From: a virus | DNA: 64,000 nucleotides | IMG/VR virus record: IMGVR_UViG_3300044858_003017 | Reading direction: 5' to 3' (one strand) | In this document: positions 19,638-30,452 of the stretch, in pieces | Numbering within the stretch: the first letter of the stretch is position 1 | Layout: every line of letters starts with the position of its first letter | The notes under the pieces: generated by a model | The model's input: the letters and a program-made list of their open reading frames with translations, nothing else | Databases searched by the model: none | What the model was told of the DNA's origin: nothing | Made by a program: the position numbers and the translations under genes

Positions 19638-19973
19638 TTATTTTCTTGATTTACGTCCCCGACGTGTTTTGTTTAAAATATTTTGTTTTGCTTCTTCTAC
19701 AGGTTTTTCTTCTACTTGTAGTTCTTCTTTAGCTGTTTGCAATTCTTCAATTTCTGTTTTAGTTTCTTGAATTTCTTCTTTTATTTCAACACGCTGTTCT
19801 TCAATAACTTCAGTTTTGCCTTGAAGTTGATCAATTTGTTGATTATTATCATCAATTTTTTTATCTAATTTTGTAACTTTCTTTTTATTGAGTTTATCGC
19901 TTACAAAAATAGCAGCAATGATTGCTAAAATTACTCCGGCAATTATTGCCCAATATTTTTTAATTGTTTTCAT
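19638..19973 (-). CDS. Membrane-anchored coiled-coil protein (i-spanin-like candidate)
   Basis: N-terminal TM (YWAIIAGVILAIIAAIFV) then long coiled coil; start MKTIKK after GGAG. Confidence 0.5.
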   Translation of the reverse strand: MKTIKKYWAIIAGVILAIIAAIFVSDKLNKKKVTKLDKKIDDNNQQIDQLQGKTEVIEEQRVEIKEEIQETKTEIEELQTAKEELQVEEKPVEEAKQNILNKTRRGRKSRK

Positions 19974-20595
19974 CTGATTCTCCATTTAATCGTTTTATAA
20001 AATTTTCTTTGAATTTATCCCATTCTTTTTGTATTGTATTTTCAAATTCCTCAGGCGTCATTTTTGCTGACCAAGTTTCTGTAACGCCTTCACTATTACT
20101 TACAAATTTCATTGATTCGGTATATGCTTGTTTTAAGAGTTCAACATCTCGTTCTGCATCACGTAACCATGCTAATGCATTTTCATGAATTTTATTGCGT
20201 TCGTATTCTTCATATGTTCCGGTATTTTTTAATTCATGTTCCATTTCAATTACACAATCAAAACACATACCATGAATCTTTCTCATTTGTTGATCTAAAT
20301 GATGCGTACCAACACATGTGCATACGTCTTTTCTACAATTAGGAAATGCACGTAATTCATCTCTTATAGATTGAAAAATATCTGAATTTTTTGTTTTACG
20401 AATTCGAAAACCTTCACGCTGTTCTACAACATATACGTTTCCACTTGCATCAGTTTCTTCCCAAACATCACCAACTTCTCGATGTTCTGATTTGTTTTTT
20501 GCATCAGAAAACCCTACAGTTTTTTTGGTTTGAAACTTATGAGTGCCGTCCAACATTTGTTGAACAGCTTTAATGTTTTGTAACTTTTTTGACAT
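19960..20595 (-). CDS. Hypothetical protein with Cys motifs
   Basis: CRKDVCTC...HGMCFDC putative metal site. Confidence 0.65.
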   Translation of the reverse strand: MSKKLQNIKAVQQMLDGTHKFQTKKTVGFSDAKNKSEHREVGDVWEETDASGNVYVVEQREGFRIRKTKNSDIFQSIRDELRAFPNCRKDVCTCVGTHHLDQQMRKIHGMCFDCVIEMEHELKNTGTYEEYERNKIHENALAWLRDAERDVELLKQAYTESMKFVSNSEGVTETWSAKMTPEEFENTIQKEWDKFKENFIKRLNGESDENN

Positions 20596-20601
20596 GTAAC
20601 T

Positions 20602-21483
20602 TTATTTTTTATTTGTATGTTCTTGACCAAACTTTGCTAATTTTTTTGTAGTTGCAATTTTTATCATTTTATAAGTATTTGTAATATCAGCTGGGTCTAA
20701 ATCTTTTGTAGCTAAATTAAGAACTTTTAATATATCTTTAACTTTAGCTATATTTCCATCTCGTTTATTTAAATGTTTAACAAATCGATCAACATCTAAT
20801 GCTTGTTTTGTTTCTGGAGAAATTTCTTTTTCTGCTTCTTTTTCTGCATCTGGCTTAGCGGCAGCATCAGGTGCTGTAGCTTCTGGCGCTGGTGGTGCCG
20901 GTGTTGGAGCAGGTGGAGGTGTAGCAGGAGCTCCTGCAGGAGCAGGTGCGTCAGGTGCTGGTGCGTCTGCAGGCGGAGCATTCGGTGCTGGTGCTTCTGG
21001 CGCTGGCGCTTCAGGTGCTGGTGCTTCAGGTGCATCAGCTGGAGCAGGTTCGCCTTGCTCTTTTATTATTTTTGCAATTTTTCTGCGAACATATTCTCTA
21101 ACTAATCGTTCGTGTTGTTCGCGAGTCAAATTTTCAATTTTATCTTGTAATACATCTGCTGTTTCTTTTTCTTCAGTATCTTGTCGTTTTTTTAATCGTT
21201 TAGCAGCAGTCTTTGGATCATAATCGCCATCTTCAATATCTTTATATAAACGATCATCATCATTATATGTTGGATACATTTTACCGTCATCTTGCATTTG
21301 TTTGTCTCGCTTACGCAAAACATTATGTTGCATATCTCCAGTAGTTTTAGGATTCATTCCGCCTTTTTTATCATCTGCGGTATAATCTTTAAGATCTTTT
21401 CTTAGTTTTGGTTTTTGAGACTTCTCAAAATCTTTCGGTGTTTTATACTTGCTTTTATGTCGTTCAGCCATAATTCTTTCCAA
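20602..21483 (-). CDS. Hypothetical protein with Pro/Ala-rich linker
   Basis: IIKE-QGE then APEAP repeats; late motif at ~21489-21498. Confidence 0.65.
   Translation of the reverse strand: MERIMAERHKSKYKTPKDFEKSQKPKLRKDLKDYTADDKKGGMNPKTTGDMQHNVLRKRDKQMQDDGKMYPTYNDDDRLYKDIEDGDYDPKTAAKRLKKRQDTEEKETADVLQDKIENLTREQHERLVREYVRRKIAKIIKEQGEPAPADAPEAPAPEAPAPEAPAPNAPPADAPAPDAPAPAGAPATPPPAPTPAPPAPEATAPDAAAKPDAEKEAEKEISPETKQALDVDRFVKHLNKRDGNIAKVKDILKVLNLATKDLDPADITNTYKMIKIATTKKLAKFGQEHTNKK
20860..21050. repeat. Imperfect 15-bp tandem repeats encoding APEAP/APDAP
   Basis: Repeated TGG(T/C)GCT/GCTTC(A/T)GG units, locally GC-rich. Confidence 0.7.
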
Positions 21484-21499
21484 TTTTAATATAAATATA

Positions 21500-23551
21500 T
21501 CATCGTGCGTATTTCAATACTCCTAGTATCTGATTAACAGGTGCAAATGCTCCGGTAAGCTTGTATGTATTTCCGCCATATGTAAATACAACACCCTCCG
21601 AAGGAACAATTTGATCAAATCCACCTAATCGTTCAATGCGTTTAAGTTCTAATTCTAATTTTGCAACGGTTGATGGATTTGGATTGGTTTGCAATTCTCT
21701 AATAAGTTCAGCTAATTCTTGTTTAATTGTTTGTACTGTTTTTGATGGATTTGCTGCTAAGAAATTTTCTGCATTTTTTAATGCTACTGCTCCTAACCGT
21801 AAAAATAACGTTTCAAACGGTTCCATGTTTTGTTTGTAATATCGTTTGAATTCATTTTTGTCAAATTCTTGAACCCAATTTAAGAATTCTGGATTTGTAA
21901 TTTGTTTTTTAAGTGTGGTTATACTTTCCGACTTATCAAAGAACGCCCAACGATTTATTAATGCATTTAACACATTTTCTGGAATTTCATATCCCATTTT
22001 ATCAGCTTGTGTTTTAATAACATCTTGCCACCACGCTTTATGATACTCAGCTATTTGATCTGTTTCTTTTAAACCGAACTTAGATCTAAGTTGATCAATT
22101 TCATTAAAGAATGCAGCTTGTTGATCTTCAAAATTAGATATTTTACCAATTTTAATTTTTTGAGGTGGAATAAATGAAAATGTTTTTTGCATATGTGCAT
22201 TTGCATCTTGAATAATTTGTTGAACCATTGCACCACCGGTTAAATCTGTTTCGACTATATTGCCTTGTTCATCATATTCAACTAAATTATGAAATTGCAA
22301 ATGTGCTTTATCATATGATATAACATTTTTAGTTGCAGGATAAATAATTTCCATGTTTGCAAATACTCGACCATTTTTAAATATTTGTGCTAATCTATCT
22401 GCAGGTATACGTTGCAATGATTCTGTTAAATCTTCAGCACAAGCTTGATATGCATCTACTACTCGTTGATAATTTACTCCCGCTTCAGCTCCTTTTTCTG
22501 CTATAGCTTTTTGTTGTTTGCGTTGGAAATCAGCAATTAATTCTGCAGGAGTCATTGGATTAATAATAGTTCCTTTGCCGCGAGCAAATCCGGGTTGACC
22601 ATTTTTCCAAGTAACTTGAATGTTTTGACCATCGGTTTTTTCTGTAACTGCAGCTTCAATATCTAAACGCCCTTCTAATGCACGAGATACTATTTCTTTC
22701 ATATCATTAAAAGTTAATCCATGATCATCCCATGGGTGTGCCATATGTCCAGCTGCGCCACCTTCCATTAATTTTGCACCATATACAGTTTTTGGAAATT
22801 TATCAAAATCATATACAAATGATCTATCATCTTGTTTATCTAAAAATTTGTTTAATTTATTGATCTTATTTTTATGTCGACGTGTTTCTGCATTGTTCAT
22901 TGTAGCAGCAAACATTTCATCAACTTCTTCTTGTAATTGTTTTGCCCACCATTCTTTTGAAAACAATGCTTCTTGTAATCCCGTTGCAATTTGCCATGCA
23001 TTTTTTACAACTGCATCTTTAAATTGAGGATATGATGCACGAAATGTTTCATAATCTCGATCTGCAATTGATTGTCGTACCGTAGTTGCTGATATCGGCA
23101 TTCCGTTTGCATATGTTTCTGGATCTACATCAATACTTAATTCTGTTGCATCAATTCCCATTGGAATTTTACGTCCTTTTTTGTCACCAATCGTTGCATA
23201 TTTATCTACATTGGGTACAAAAGCTTTTGCTCTAACATAATCATCTCCTTTGGTAGATGCTGCCATTGCATAACGTCCTTTTGCATCAGATGGCAAATCA
23301 AACAAATATTCGTATGCTGCAACAATTGGTGAATTGTGTTGTGTAGGTTGAATAATGATATCAGGATTATCATTAAGTAAATTAAACATTTCAATGCTTT
23401 GTTCTCTAGTAATACCGTCTCTAGAATTTGGTCCAATTAATATTATTACTCGACCTACTTGCGGAGATTCTGCATATCGTTGTGCTAATGCTAAATGAGC
23501 TCCTGTTAATGGTTTAAATCCACCGGGAAATAAAACTGTTATTTTATTCAT
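21500..23551 (-). CDS. Fusion: cytidyltransferase-like (HIGH) domain plus KxDG ligase-like nucleotidyltransferase domain
   Basis: FPGGFKPLTGAH...ISATTVR N-domain; EGGAAGHMAHP, TEKTDGQN, EGVVF, YKLTG C-domain; start MNKIT after late motif. Confidence 0.65.
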   Translation of the reverse strand: MNKITVLFPGGFKPLTGAHLALAQRYAESPQVGRVIILIGPNSRDGITREQSIEMFNLLNDNPDIIIQPTQHNSPIVAAYEYLFDLPSDAKGRYAMAASTKGDDYVRAKAFVPNVDKYATIGDKKGRKIPMGIDATELSIDVDPETYANGMPISATTVRQSIADRDYETFRASYPQFKDAVVKNAWQIATGLQEALFSKEWWAKQLQEEVDEMFAATMNNAETRRHKNKINKLNKFLDKQDDRSFVYDFDKFPKTVYGAKLMEGGAAGHMAHPWDDHGLTFNDMKEIVSRALEGRLDIEAAVTEKTDGQNIQVTWKNGQPGFARGKGTIINPMTPAELIADFQRKQQKAIAEKGAEAGVNYQRVVDAYQACAEDLTESLQRIPADRLAQIFKNGRVFANMEIIYPATKNVISYDKAHLQFHNLVEYDEQGNIVETDLTGGAMVQQIIQDANAHMQKTFSFIPPQKIKIGKISNFEDQQAAFFNEIDQLRSKFGLKETDQIAEYHKAWWQDVIKTQADKMGYEIPENVLNALINRWAFFDKSESITTLKKQITNPEFLNWVQEFDKNEFKRYYKQNMEPFETLFLRLGAVALKNAENFLAANPSKTVQTIKQELAELIRELQTNPNPSTVAKLELELKRIERLGGFDQIVPSEGVVFTYGGNTYKLTGAFAPVNQILGVLKYAR

Positions 23552-23573
23552 TATGTTCCGTTTTATATAAATA

Positions 23574-26312
23574 TTATGATACCGGATTCGTTGGTGCAAT
23601 TATACTTCCGCCTACCGTTCTACTTGTTCTAAATACAAAGTTTTTTAATTTTAACGTGCCACTTAATGCTGCAGTTCCACCGGAGTATACTATAGATGTA
23701 TGTACTAATACATAATATCCTTGACGATTAGTTAATGTTAAGTCTGATATACTGCCGTACAATCCAGTAACAGCTCCCGATCTTTGTGAATTTTCTGGTA
23801 CCGTTGTTCCTGCTAAATTAATAGGTGATGTAAATGTGGATCCGCTATTAAAAATACCGTATGATGTAAGTCCCGTATAACTACCAGTTACTGCATTCAT
23901 TACAGTTGCGTATACATTAAATGATTTATTAGGTAATCCAATATTATCCGTACGGTCAATTTGCCATGTACATGACATTTGCATTCTCGTTTCGCCCGGC
24001 AATATGAATACATGAAATGACGGTCCAGATAAAACGGACCCGGTTGTAAATGTCGGTAAAGGAGAACTACCAGATATGTTAGCTAAGTTAAATGTATATT
24101 CAGATTGATCGAAATATACAACTCGTCCTATATTCAATCCATCTACAAATTCATTGTTAGAATCAAATAAAACTTCGCCATTTTGCACTGCAAGAAATGA
24201 TGATGCCGTTACATTTCCTTGTGCTGTTAAGTGGAAACCACTTGCAGAAATTTCAACATTTCCATTAGCACCGCTAATAAAAGTTGATGCAGGATTTCCA
24301 AAAAAGAATCTATTCGTACGAACATCTATTTCTGAATTAGCAGTTGCATATCTAAAATAACTTGAAGTATTTGCATAAAGTTCTAATCCAACGCCGCTAT
24401 ATGCTGCGCCGCCTTTTGTTCCTGCACTATTTGGCAGAGCCGAACCAGACCACAGTAAAAATCCAGGAAATCCTGCAGCAAATCCTTCATATCCTAATGA
24501 TCTAATAAAACCAGAATTAGGATATCCACTAATTGCAACGCCACTATTTAATGAATCAGCAACATATAAAGAACCAGTAAGCATTGAATAATCACCATCA
24601 ATATATCGATTGCCGCCTTGCCAATTTTTATCATAAACATATGATATTTGTTTGCTTTTTACTCCGGCTACATTGTAATATTCTGTTTTAAATGAAATTT
24701 GATTGTCAATTTTATGTGTAGTTTGAATTGGCGTTTTAATTCTTGTATAATTAGGAGAATATCCGGCATCATTATCTGTGGTAACGTGTATATCTGAAAC
24801 TTGCCATTCTCCTGATTCTACTACTAATAATAATACACCAGTACCATCAAAGTCTGCTTCAAAACTAAATATTTGATCATCAAATCTTTGATTTCCATAT
24901 GATGTTAATTCGCCAATTCGTTTACCAAATTTTACAGGAAATGATTGATTAAAATAATCGGTAGGATCTTGATAAAAGCTGCTACCAGATAAATATATTG
25001 ATAATTTTGCAGTAGCTGCAGAAATTGTTGTACCTAATGCATCTAAAGAAATTTTATATGAAGAATCTTTTAAAAAAATTCCTTGATATGATGAACTTAT
25101 TTGTGCAACCTGTACGGAGTTAGGAGCCGCAATATTAATTGAACTAGAAATTAACATTGCATTTGATAATGACGATGTAATCCATTGCAATGTAGTTGGA
25201 GTTATTTCAGACCCATTTTGATATGTATGAGGTTGCCAATATGTATTGATAACGCTTTGAGATGTAAATATTCCAATTGATTGATCTGGAAACAGTGATG
25301 ATGTACTAGAAATAAAAATTTCCGTATCTTCTAATTCAAAATCATTAACTAATTCCCAAGTACCAACTGTACCTTTATTGTTTGTAAAAACTTTAATGCG
25401 TGCAATATCTCCAGTTGCTGGTTGTAAATTTTCAATTTGTATGAGTGCAAATGATTGTGAATTTTCTGTTGGAACGTAAGTTGGCGTTGCTTCATATTTT
25501 ATAGAAAATGTAGATGCATCAAATGAATCATATGTGTGAATATATACGCTTTGGCTGCTAAATGCTGTATACTCTGTTTCTAATAATGCCAATGATGGCG
25601 ATAGTACCTTTGATATCTTAGAAACATACGCCGTTGTAGATATAGGATATGTAGCCGTAGGACGAGGATTAATTGGATTTGAAACTGTAATAGTACCGCC
25701 AGTCATATCTGCATCAAATTGTCCGCCGGTTATAGAAATTGCTGGTTGTTCATTATACGAAAAATATGTAATCGTGCCGGTACTATAAGTTGGAAATTGT
25801 GTGTTATTTGGATATATTCGATCTAATTGTACTCCAATTTGTTCTGAAACTAATACAGTTGGTAATGATTCAAAAATAATTTCAGATTCATTTGCTGTTA
25901 CTGGATTAACCGGACATGATCGAGTCCACCGTACGTTAGTTCTATTTTGCCAATCTGCAGTAACTTGTTGTCCTTCAATATTTACTGCTTCACCTGTAAT
26001 AATTACAGTACAATCACCCGGAGATGTTGTATCATAAACATATATTGCTATTACGCGAGATTTGTCTTGATCTAGATAATCTACTACTTCATGATAAATT
26101 GGATCGCCATTATAATCTAATATTTCAATTCCTAGTAAACTTCCAACTTTTAAATTTGTTGGATTTCCTTGAAACTTAAATAAATTTTTTCCTGCAGTTA
26201 AGCGTACTGGAAATTCTGTTATTTGAAAATAGTCAGGCGAAGTTGGTGATGTGTCTTCAAATAAAACAGGAATTAAATCTAATCCAGAATATATTGCTTC
26301 TTTGCGTTTCAT
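23574..26312 (-). CDS. Large virion structural (tail/baseplate) protein
   Basis: 912 aa beta-rich, SGS/TGS rich, late motif at 26331-26339. Confidence 0.55.
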   Translation of the reverse strand: MKRKEAIYSGLDLIPVLFEDTSPTSPDYFQITEFPVRLTAGKNLFKFQGNPTNLKVGSLLGIEILDYNGDPIYHEVVDYLDQDKSRVIAIYVYDTTSPGDCTVIITGEAVNIEGQQVTADWQNRTNVRWTRSCPVNPVTANESEIIFESLPTVLVSEQIGVQLDRIYPNNTQFPTYSTGTITYFSYNEQPAISITGGQFDADMTGGTITVSNPINPRPTATYPISTTAYVSKISKVLSPSLALLETEYTAFSSQSVYIHTYDSFDASTFSIKYEATPTYVPTENSQSFALIQIENLQPATGDIARIKVFTNNKGTVGTWELVNDFELEDTEIFISSTSSLFPDQSIGIFTSQSVINTYWQPHTYQNGSEITPTTLQWITSSLSNAMLISSSINIAAPNSVQVAQISSSYQGIFLKDSSYKISLDALGTTISAATAKLSIYLSGSSFYQDPTDYFNQSFPVKFGKRIGELTSYGNQRFDDQIFSFEADFDGTGVLLLVVESGEWQVSDIHVTTDNDAGYSPNYTRIKTPIQTTHKIDNQISFKTEYYNVAGVKSKQISYVYDKNWQGGNRYIDGDYSMLTGSLYVADSLNSGVAISGYPNSGFIRSLGYEGFAAGFPGFLLWSGSALPNSAGTKGGAAYSGVGLELYANTSSYFRYATANSEIDVRTNRFFFGNPASTFISGANGNVEISASGFHLTAQGNVTASSFLAVQNGEVLFDSNNEFVDGLNIGRVVYFDQSEYTFNLANISGSSPLPTFTTGSVLSGPSFHVFILPGETRMQMSCTWQIDRTDNIGLPNKSFNVYATVMNAVTGSYTGLTSYGIFNSGSTFTSPINLAGTTVPENSQRSGAVTGLYGSISDLTLTNRQGYYVLVHTSIVYSGGTAALSGTLKLKNFVFRTSRTVGGSIIAPTNPVS

Positions 26313-26338
26313 CGTGTGAAATATCTTTTATATAAATA

Positions 26339-29300
26339 TTACACATGATTAATCTTGCTAAATCCGTTTGTTTTATTTACTTCAATTAAGTTATCAACCA
26401 TATCGCGCATAGAATCAACATGCGAAATAATAATTGAGAAATCAAACTTAGTTCGGAAATAATCAAACAAATTTACAACTGATGAAATATGTTCTGCATC
26501 TAATGAACCCCAACCTTCGTCGATTGCAATAAAATTAGGACGAGGCAATGCCGAAACATTGATAAGTGCTATTCGAATTGCTAATGACGAAATAAAACGT
26601 TCCATACCAGACGTTAATTCCAACGGCCAATAGTTATCTTCATCATAAATGATATATCCGTTAATATTTTTGCCATCAGTATTTAATACCATGTTAAAAT
26701 CAACAATCTGATTAAGTACATTGTTTATTTCAGATTCAATTTTAGGAACAGCTTTTGAAATTAATTCATATGGAATGCCATCTCGCTTAACTGATTCTAA
26801 ATAATATCCATATGCTTTGTATTCAGTTTCTAATTGACGATAACGTTCTAATTGTTCTATTGCAGCACCTTTATTTGTTTTTGCAACTTCAATTGCACCA
26901 AAGAGTGATTTGATTTGTTCTTGTATGTTTTTTATTTGATCTGTACATGTTGCAATTTGTTGTTTACATTCATTGATTTGCGTATCAACATGTTGATTGT
27001 GTGTAATTGCTGTTTCATTTTTACGAAATGATTCTTGTCGTTCTACGGTAGTTTCTAATTCAGATTCTCGAGTTTGTAAATCGCTTTCTAATATTTGTAA
27101 CTGCAATTCATTTCGTTCTAATGTAATTTTTTTAGTTGCAATAGTATTTTTAAGTTTATTATACTGAGTTTCTAATTCAAATACTGGTTTTAATGATTGT
27201 AATTCTGTATTGAGATCTTCAATGCGTTGTTGCAAATCATTTAATATTGTTCTATCCGTTTCAATTGTATTTTGTGCTTCGATTGCATTTTGAACGAAAA
27301 CGTTAGATGTACAGTATTTGCAGTTTGGATCATATTCGTGAGACTCAAGATGTTTAATTTTTTCTTGTTTTCCATTTACGATTTCCTTTTGTTGTCGATA
27401 TTTTTGTAAAAGTGTGTTAACTGAATGTTCTATTTTTGCGTATTGTGTTGTTTTTGATGTAATATCATTAACATCGAATTGAGTCAATTGTTCTTCTTGA
27501 GTTTCAATTTCTGCAGTTAATGTTTCTAGGTCTTGTTCTGCCGTTTCAATGTCTTGTTGAATTGATTCAATTGTAGCAATTAAATCTCGTTCTTGTCGTT
27601 GCAATTCATTGATATTTGGACCATCATATGTAGTTGGAAGTTTTGTTTCAATCAACGAAACAATTTGTTCTTGTAGATTGTTTCTAGTTTCTTGTTGAGC
27701 ATCTTCTTGTTGTTCTAATGAAATAATATTGTCTTGGTTTTCTGAAATAACTGAATCAGCTTGCACAATAATTTCAGCAAAATCTGTTTTCTTATAATCC
27801 TTTAAACGTCCTGATGTTTCTTTAATTTCATCTGCCGCTAACTGATAAAGTTGTTCAAATACTGTAATATCTAAAAATTGTGATAATAAGTCTTTGCGTT
27901 CTTTTTGTGATTTTTCAATAAAATTGTTGTTGTCAGCTTGAAGTGAAAATGCAGTTAAAATAAAATCATCATATGTGCCTAAATATCTACGAATATTTTT
28001 ATTTGTTTCACTGCGTTCTTCTCCGTTTAAATTTTCTGAATCGGTATAAAATTCTACATCAACTTTAACGTGTGTCTCTTTCTTTTTATTTTGAGTACCT
28101 CGTCGTTCTATGGTATACATGACACCATTCATTTCAAAACGAAATACACCACGGAACCATGTTTTTTTGTTATTTAAAACTTCATTTGCTTTGCTTGTTT
28201 TGCTACATTTATCAAATATAGTATAAGTAATTGCATCAAGCAAACTAGATTTTCCAGATGTATTTGCAGCAAATAAACCACATACATCAGATAAGTTTTC
28301 AAAATTTAAAACATTGCCTTCGCCATATGAAAACATGTTGTCAAATTCAAATGATACGGGATGCCATGTTGTATGACGTATTGATTCTACTGCAGGTAAT
28401 TTTGAATTAATTGTGCGGTTGATATGTCGAATAGCATCGACTTCTTCTGCAGTTGCTTGTGGAAAATTTGAATCAATATAATCTGCCAATAAGGTGTTTT
28501 GATATTCAACGTCGCGTACGTTTCCAATAGCTAAACTAGATGACGTTGCGATTGCAGCACTACCAATTGTTCTTTGAATTGTAATGTCTTCTACATCATA
28601 TTTTTTACGAATTGCAGCAATAAGTTTTTTCATATCTGCTGCACTCGTTTCATTAAATTTAATACGAACTCGAGGACGTTGTGGCATCCGAGCTGGTGCA
28701 TTAATGATTGCAGCTCCTTGAGTTTCTATAGTTACATAACCATATTCATTGTGTATTTCGTGAAACTCTGCACTGCGTTGTTCCACGTCCCAAACCAATA
28801 TTCCATGGATTAATGCTTCGCCATGATTTTGTTGAATCAATGAACCAGGATATGCAACTGTCTTCGCAGCATCTAAGAATTGTGCCGGCTTATGTATATC
28901 ACCTAATAACGTAATGTCATGTCCTTCAAACAAATCAACACCTACATGTTCATTTGATATTTGATATCCAATATCAGTTTTAGCAGTATTAACAGCACCA
29001 TGGTGTAATGCAATTTTGTATGAAGCGTCAAAATCTTTTGCTCGAATGTAATCAGCAGGTGTTTTATCAACTGCCATATGATTCCATGTTATGCCGCCGA
29101 ATTCAAACAAACCATTATCTTTAATAAAATGAATGTTTGGATTTTTAATAACATCTAATACTGGAGATATTGCATCAATCCTGTGCATGTTATTTAGATT
29201 CATATCATGATTACCTAAAATAACAATTGTAGGAATTGTAAATCCGTTAAAGAAATCTACAAGCATTTGAACTAGTTCCGGAGACATATCTAATTTGCTA

Positions 29301-29485
29301 TGCACAATATCACCGGTAACTACAGCAACGCTATTTCCTGTTGCATGCGTTTCAATATGATCAAATAATGTTTTAAATACTTGTCGGTATTCTCGATGCC
29401 GTTTCAATGTACGTATGTGTACATCGGAGATATGAAAAATTTTGTCAATTTTTTCTAAAGGAGAATCTATTCGTTTTATGTCCAT
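26339..29485 (-). CDS. Fused Mre11/SbcD nuclease and Rad50/SbcC ATPase (T4 gp47+gp46-like)
   Basis: SDVH, TGD, GNHD, HHG, LGDIH, YPGS; ANTSGKSS Walker A, CKYC zinc hook, TSGMERF signature, IAIDEG Walker B, IISH. Confidence 0.92.
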   Translation of the reverse strand: MDIKRIDSPLEKIDKIFHISDVHIRTLKRHREYRQVFKTLFDHIETHATGNSVAVVTGDIVHSKLDMSPELVQMLVDFFNGFTIPTIVILGNHDMNLNNMHRIDAISPVLDVIKNPNIHFIKDNGLFEFGGITWNHMAVDKTPADYIRAKDFDASYKIALHHGAVNTAKTDIGYQISNEHVGVDLFEGHDITLLGDIHKPAQFLDAAKTVAYPGSLIQQNHGEALIHGILVWDVEQRSAEFHEIHNEYGYVTIETQGAAIINAPARMPQRPRVRIKFNETSAADMKKLIAAIRKKYDVEDITIQRTIGSAAIATSSSLAIGNVRDVEYQNTLLADYIDSNFPQATAEEVDAIRHINRTINSKLPAVESIRHTTWHPVSFEFDNMFSYGEGNVLNFENLSDVCGLFAANTSGKSSLLDAITYTIFDKCSKTSKANEVLNNKKTWFRGVFRFEMNGVMYTIERRGTQNKKKETHVKVDVEFYTDSENLNGEERSETNKNIRRYLGTYDDFILTAFSLQADNNNFIEKSQKERKDLLSQFLDITVFEQLYQLAADEIKETSGRLKDYKKTDFAEIIVQADSVISENQDNIISLEQQEDAQQETRNNLQEQIVSLIETKLPTTYDGPNINELQRQERDLIATIESIQQDIETAEQDLETLTAEIETQEEQLTQFDVNDITSKTTQYAKIEHSVNTLLQKYRQQKEIVNGKQEKIKHLESHEYDPNCKYCTSNVFVQNAIEAQNTIETDRTILNDLQQRIEDLNTELQSLKPVFELETQYNKLKNTIATKKITLERNELQLQILESDLQTRESELETTVERQESFRKNETAITHNQHVDTQINECKQQIATCTDQIKNIQEQIKSLFGAIEVAKTNKGAAIEQLERYRQLETEYKAYGYYLESVKRDGIPYELISKAVPKIESEINNVLNQIVDFNMVLNTDGKNINGYIIYDEDNYWPLELTSGMERFISSLAIRIALINVSALPRPNFIAIDEGWGSLDAEHISSVVNLFDYFRTKFDFSIIISHVDSMRDMVDNLIEVNKTNGFSKINHV

Positions 29486-30417
29486 AACATGTCCATTTTA
29501 AGTGCCATGATGCGCTCAAAAGTTAATATATCAGTATTGTTGATAATTTCTGTAATTTGTTCAAAACCTAATTCCGATGCATCTGCATCTTCTAGTCGTA
29601 TAAAATAAACATTTAAGCCTTCTGCCATGAAACGTTCTGCAATTTGTATTGCATTTCGAAGTGCATCAGCATCCAAACAAATATAGATATCACGTACTCG
29701 TTTTTCAATGATTTTCTTTTGCAATGCTGGTTGAATGATTTTACCAAACAATGGAATTGCATTGCGTTTAATTGCAATTGCATCAAATGAACCTTCACAA
29801 AGAATAATTGGCTGTGACCAATTTATTGTTAAATCAAATCCAATAATGTCTTTTGAAATTTTAGGATTCTTATGTTTTTGTTTATCTGCTCGATAATACG
29901 CTCTTGATACAAAATAATTCAATTGTCCCGCATCATCATAACTAGGAATAATTATTTTGCCAGAATATTCACCTTGTTCACAATACCCAATTCGATACTT
30001 TAAAATATCCAACATAGTTACTCCACGTTGTTTTAAATAATGAATTGCATTTCTATAATCAGGTGTTGTTTTTGCAATCCATAATGGAGCATAATGTTCT
30101 GGCAATGCGATTGCAGTAACTGTTTTTGTTTCAGTGGTATTGCGATATCGAGATGATTCGATTATTTTTGCTAGCTGTTCAAACCGTTCTTTAGGCAATC
30201 CCATTTGTTTAAACAAACTAGATATAGTGCGGCCTTTTTTATCAGATATCCAACAATGCCATGGATTTTCTCCGGCGTGGTTAGTATTGATATCAATTTC
30301 TAATTTAGGCTTGTAATGTGAAGTAAACGGAGAAAAGAATGCAATATTATTACCTGAAGTAGATTTACCTTTACCTAAAACAGATTCTAATAATTGTAAC
30401 AGTTTAAGATTCTTCAC
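29476..30417 (-). CDS. DNA primase (DnaG/TOPRIM type)
   Basis: WHCW zinc-finger region, YLKQRG, IIIPSY, LCEGSFDA, CLDADA. Confidence 0.85.
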   Translation of the reverse strand: MKNLKLLQLLESVLGKGKSTSGNNIAFFSPFTSHYKPKLEIDINTNHAGENPWHCWISDKKGRTISSLFKQMGLPKERFEQLAKIIESSRYRNTTETKTVTAIALPEHYAPLWIAKTTPDYRNAIHYLKQRGVTMLDILKYRIGYCEQGEYSGKIIIPSYDDAGQLNYFVSRAYYRADKQKHKNPKISKDIIGFDLTINWSQPIILCEGSFDAIAIKRNAIPLFGKIIQPALQKKIIEKRVRDIYICLDADALRNAIQIAERFMAEGLNVYFIRLEDADASELGFEQITEIINNTDILTFERIMALKMDMLWT

Positions 30418-30423
30418 AATTAT

Positions 30424-30452
30424 AATATAAAGAAATTCTGTAAGGAATCCAA
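30424..30452 (-). promoter_or_regulatory. TTGGAT-N17-TATATT promoter of primase and Mre11-Rad50
   Basis: Exact 17-nt spacer; motif class seen six times. Confidence 0.65.

Noticed and set aside
9322-29485. Introns, inteins or homing endonucleases in terminase, portal, MCP or Mre11-Rad50
   Set aside because: Normal lengths, continuous motifs, no intein or HNH/GIY-YIG/LAGLIDADG signatures seen
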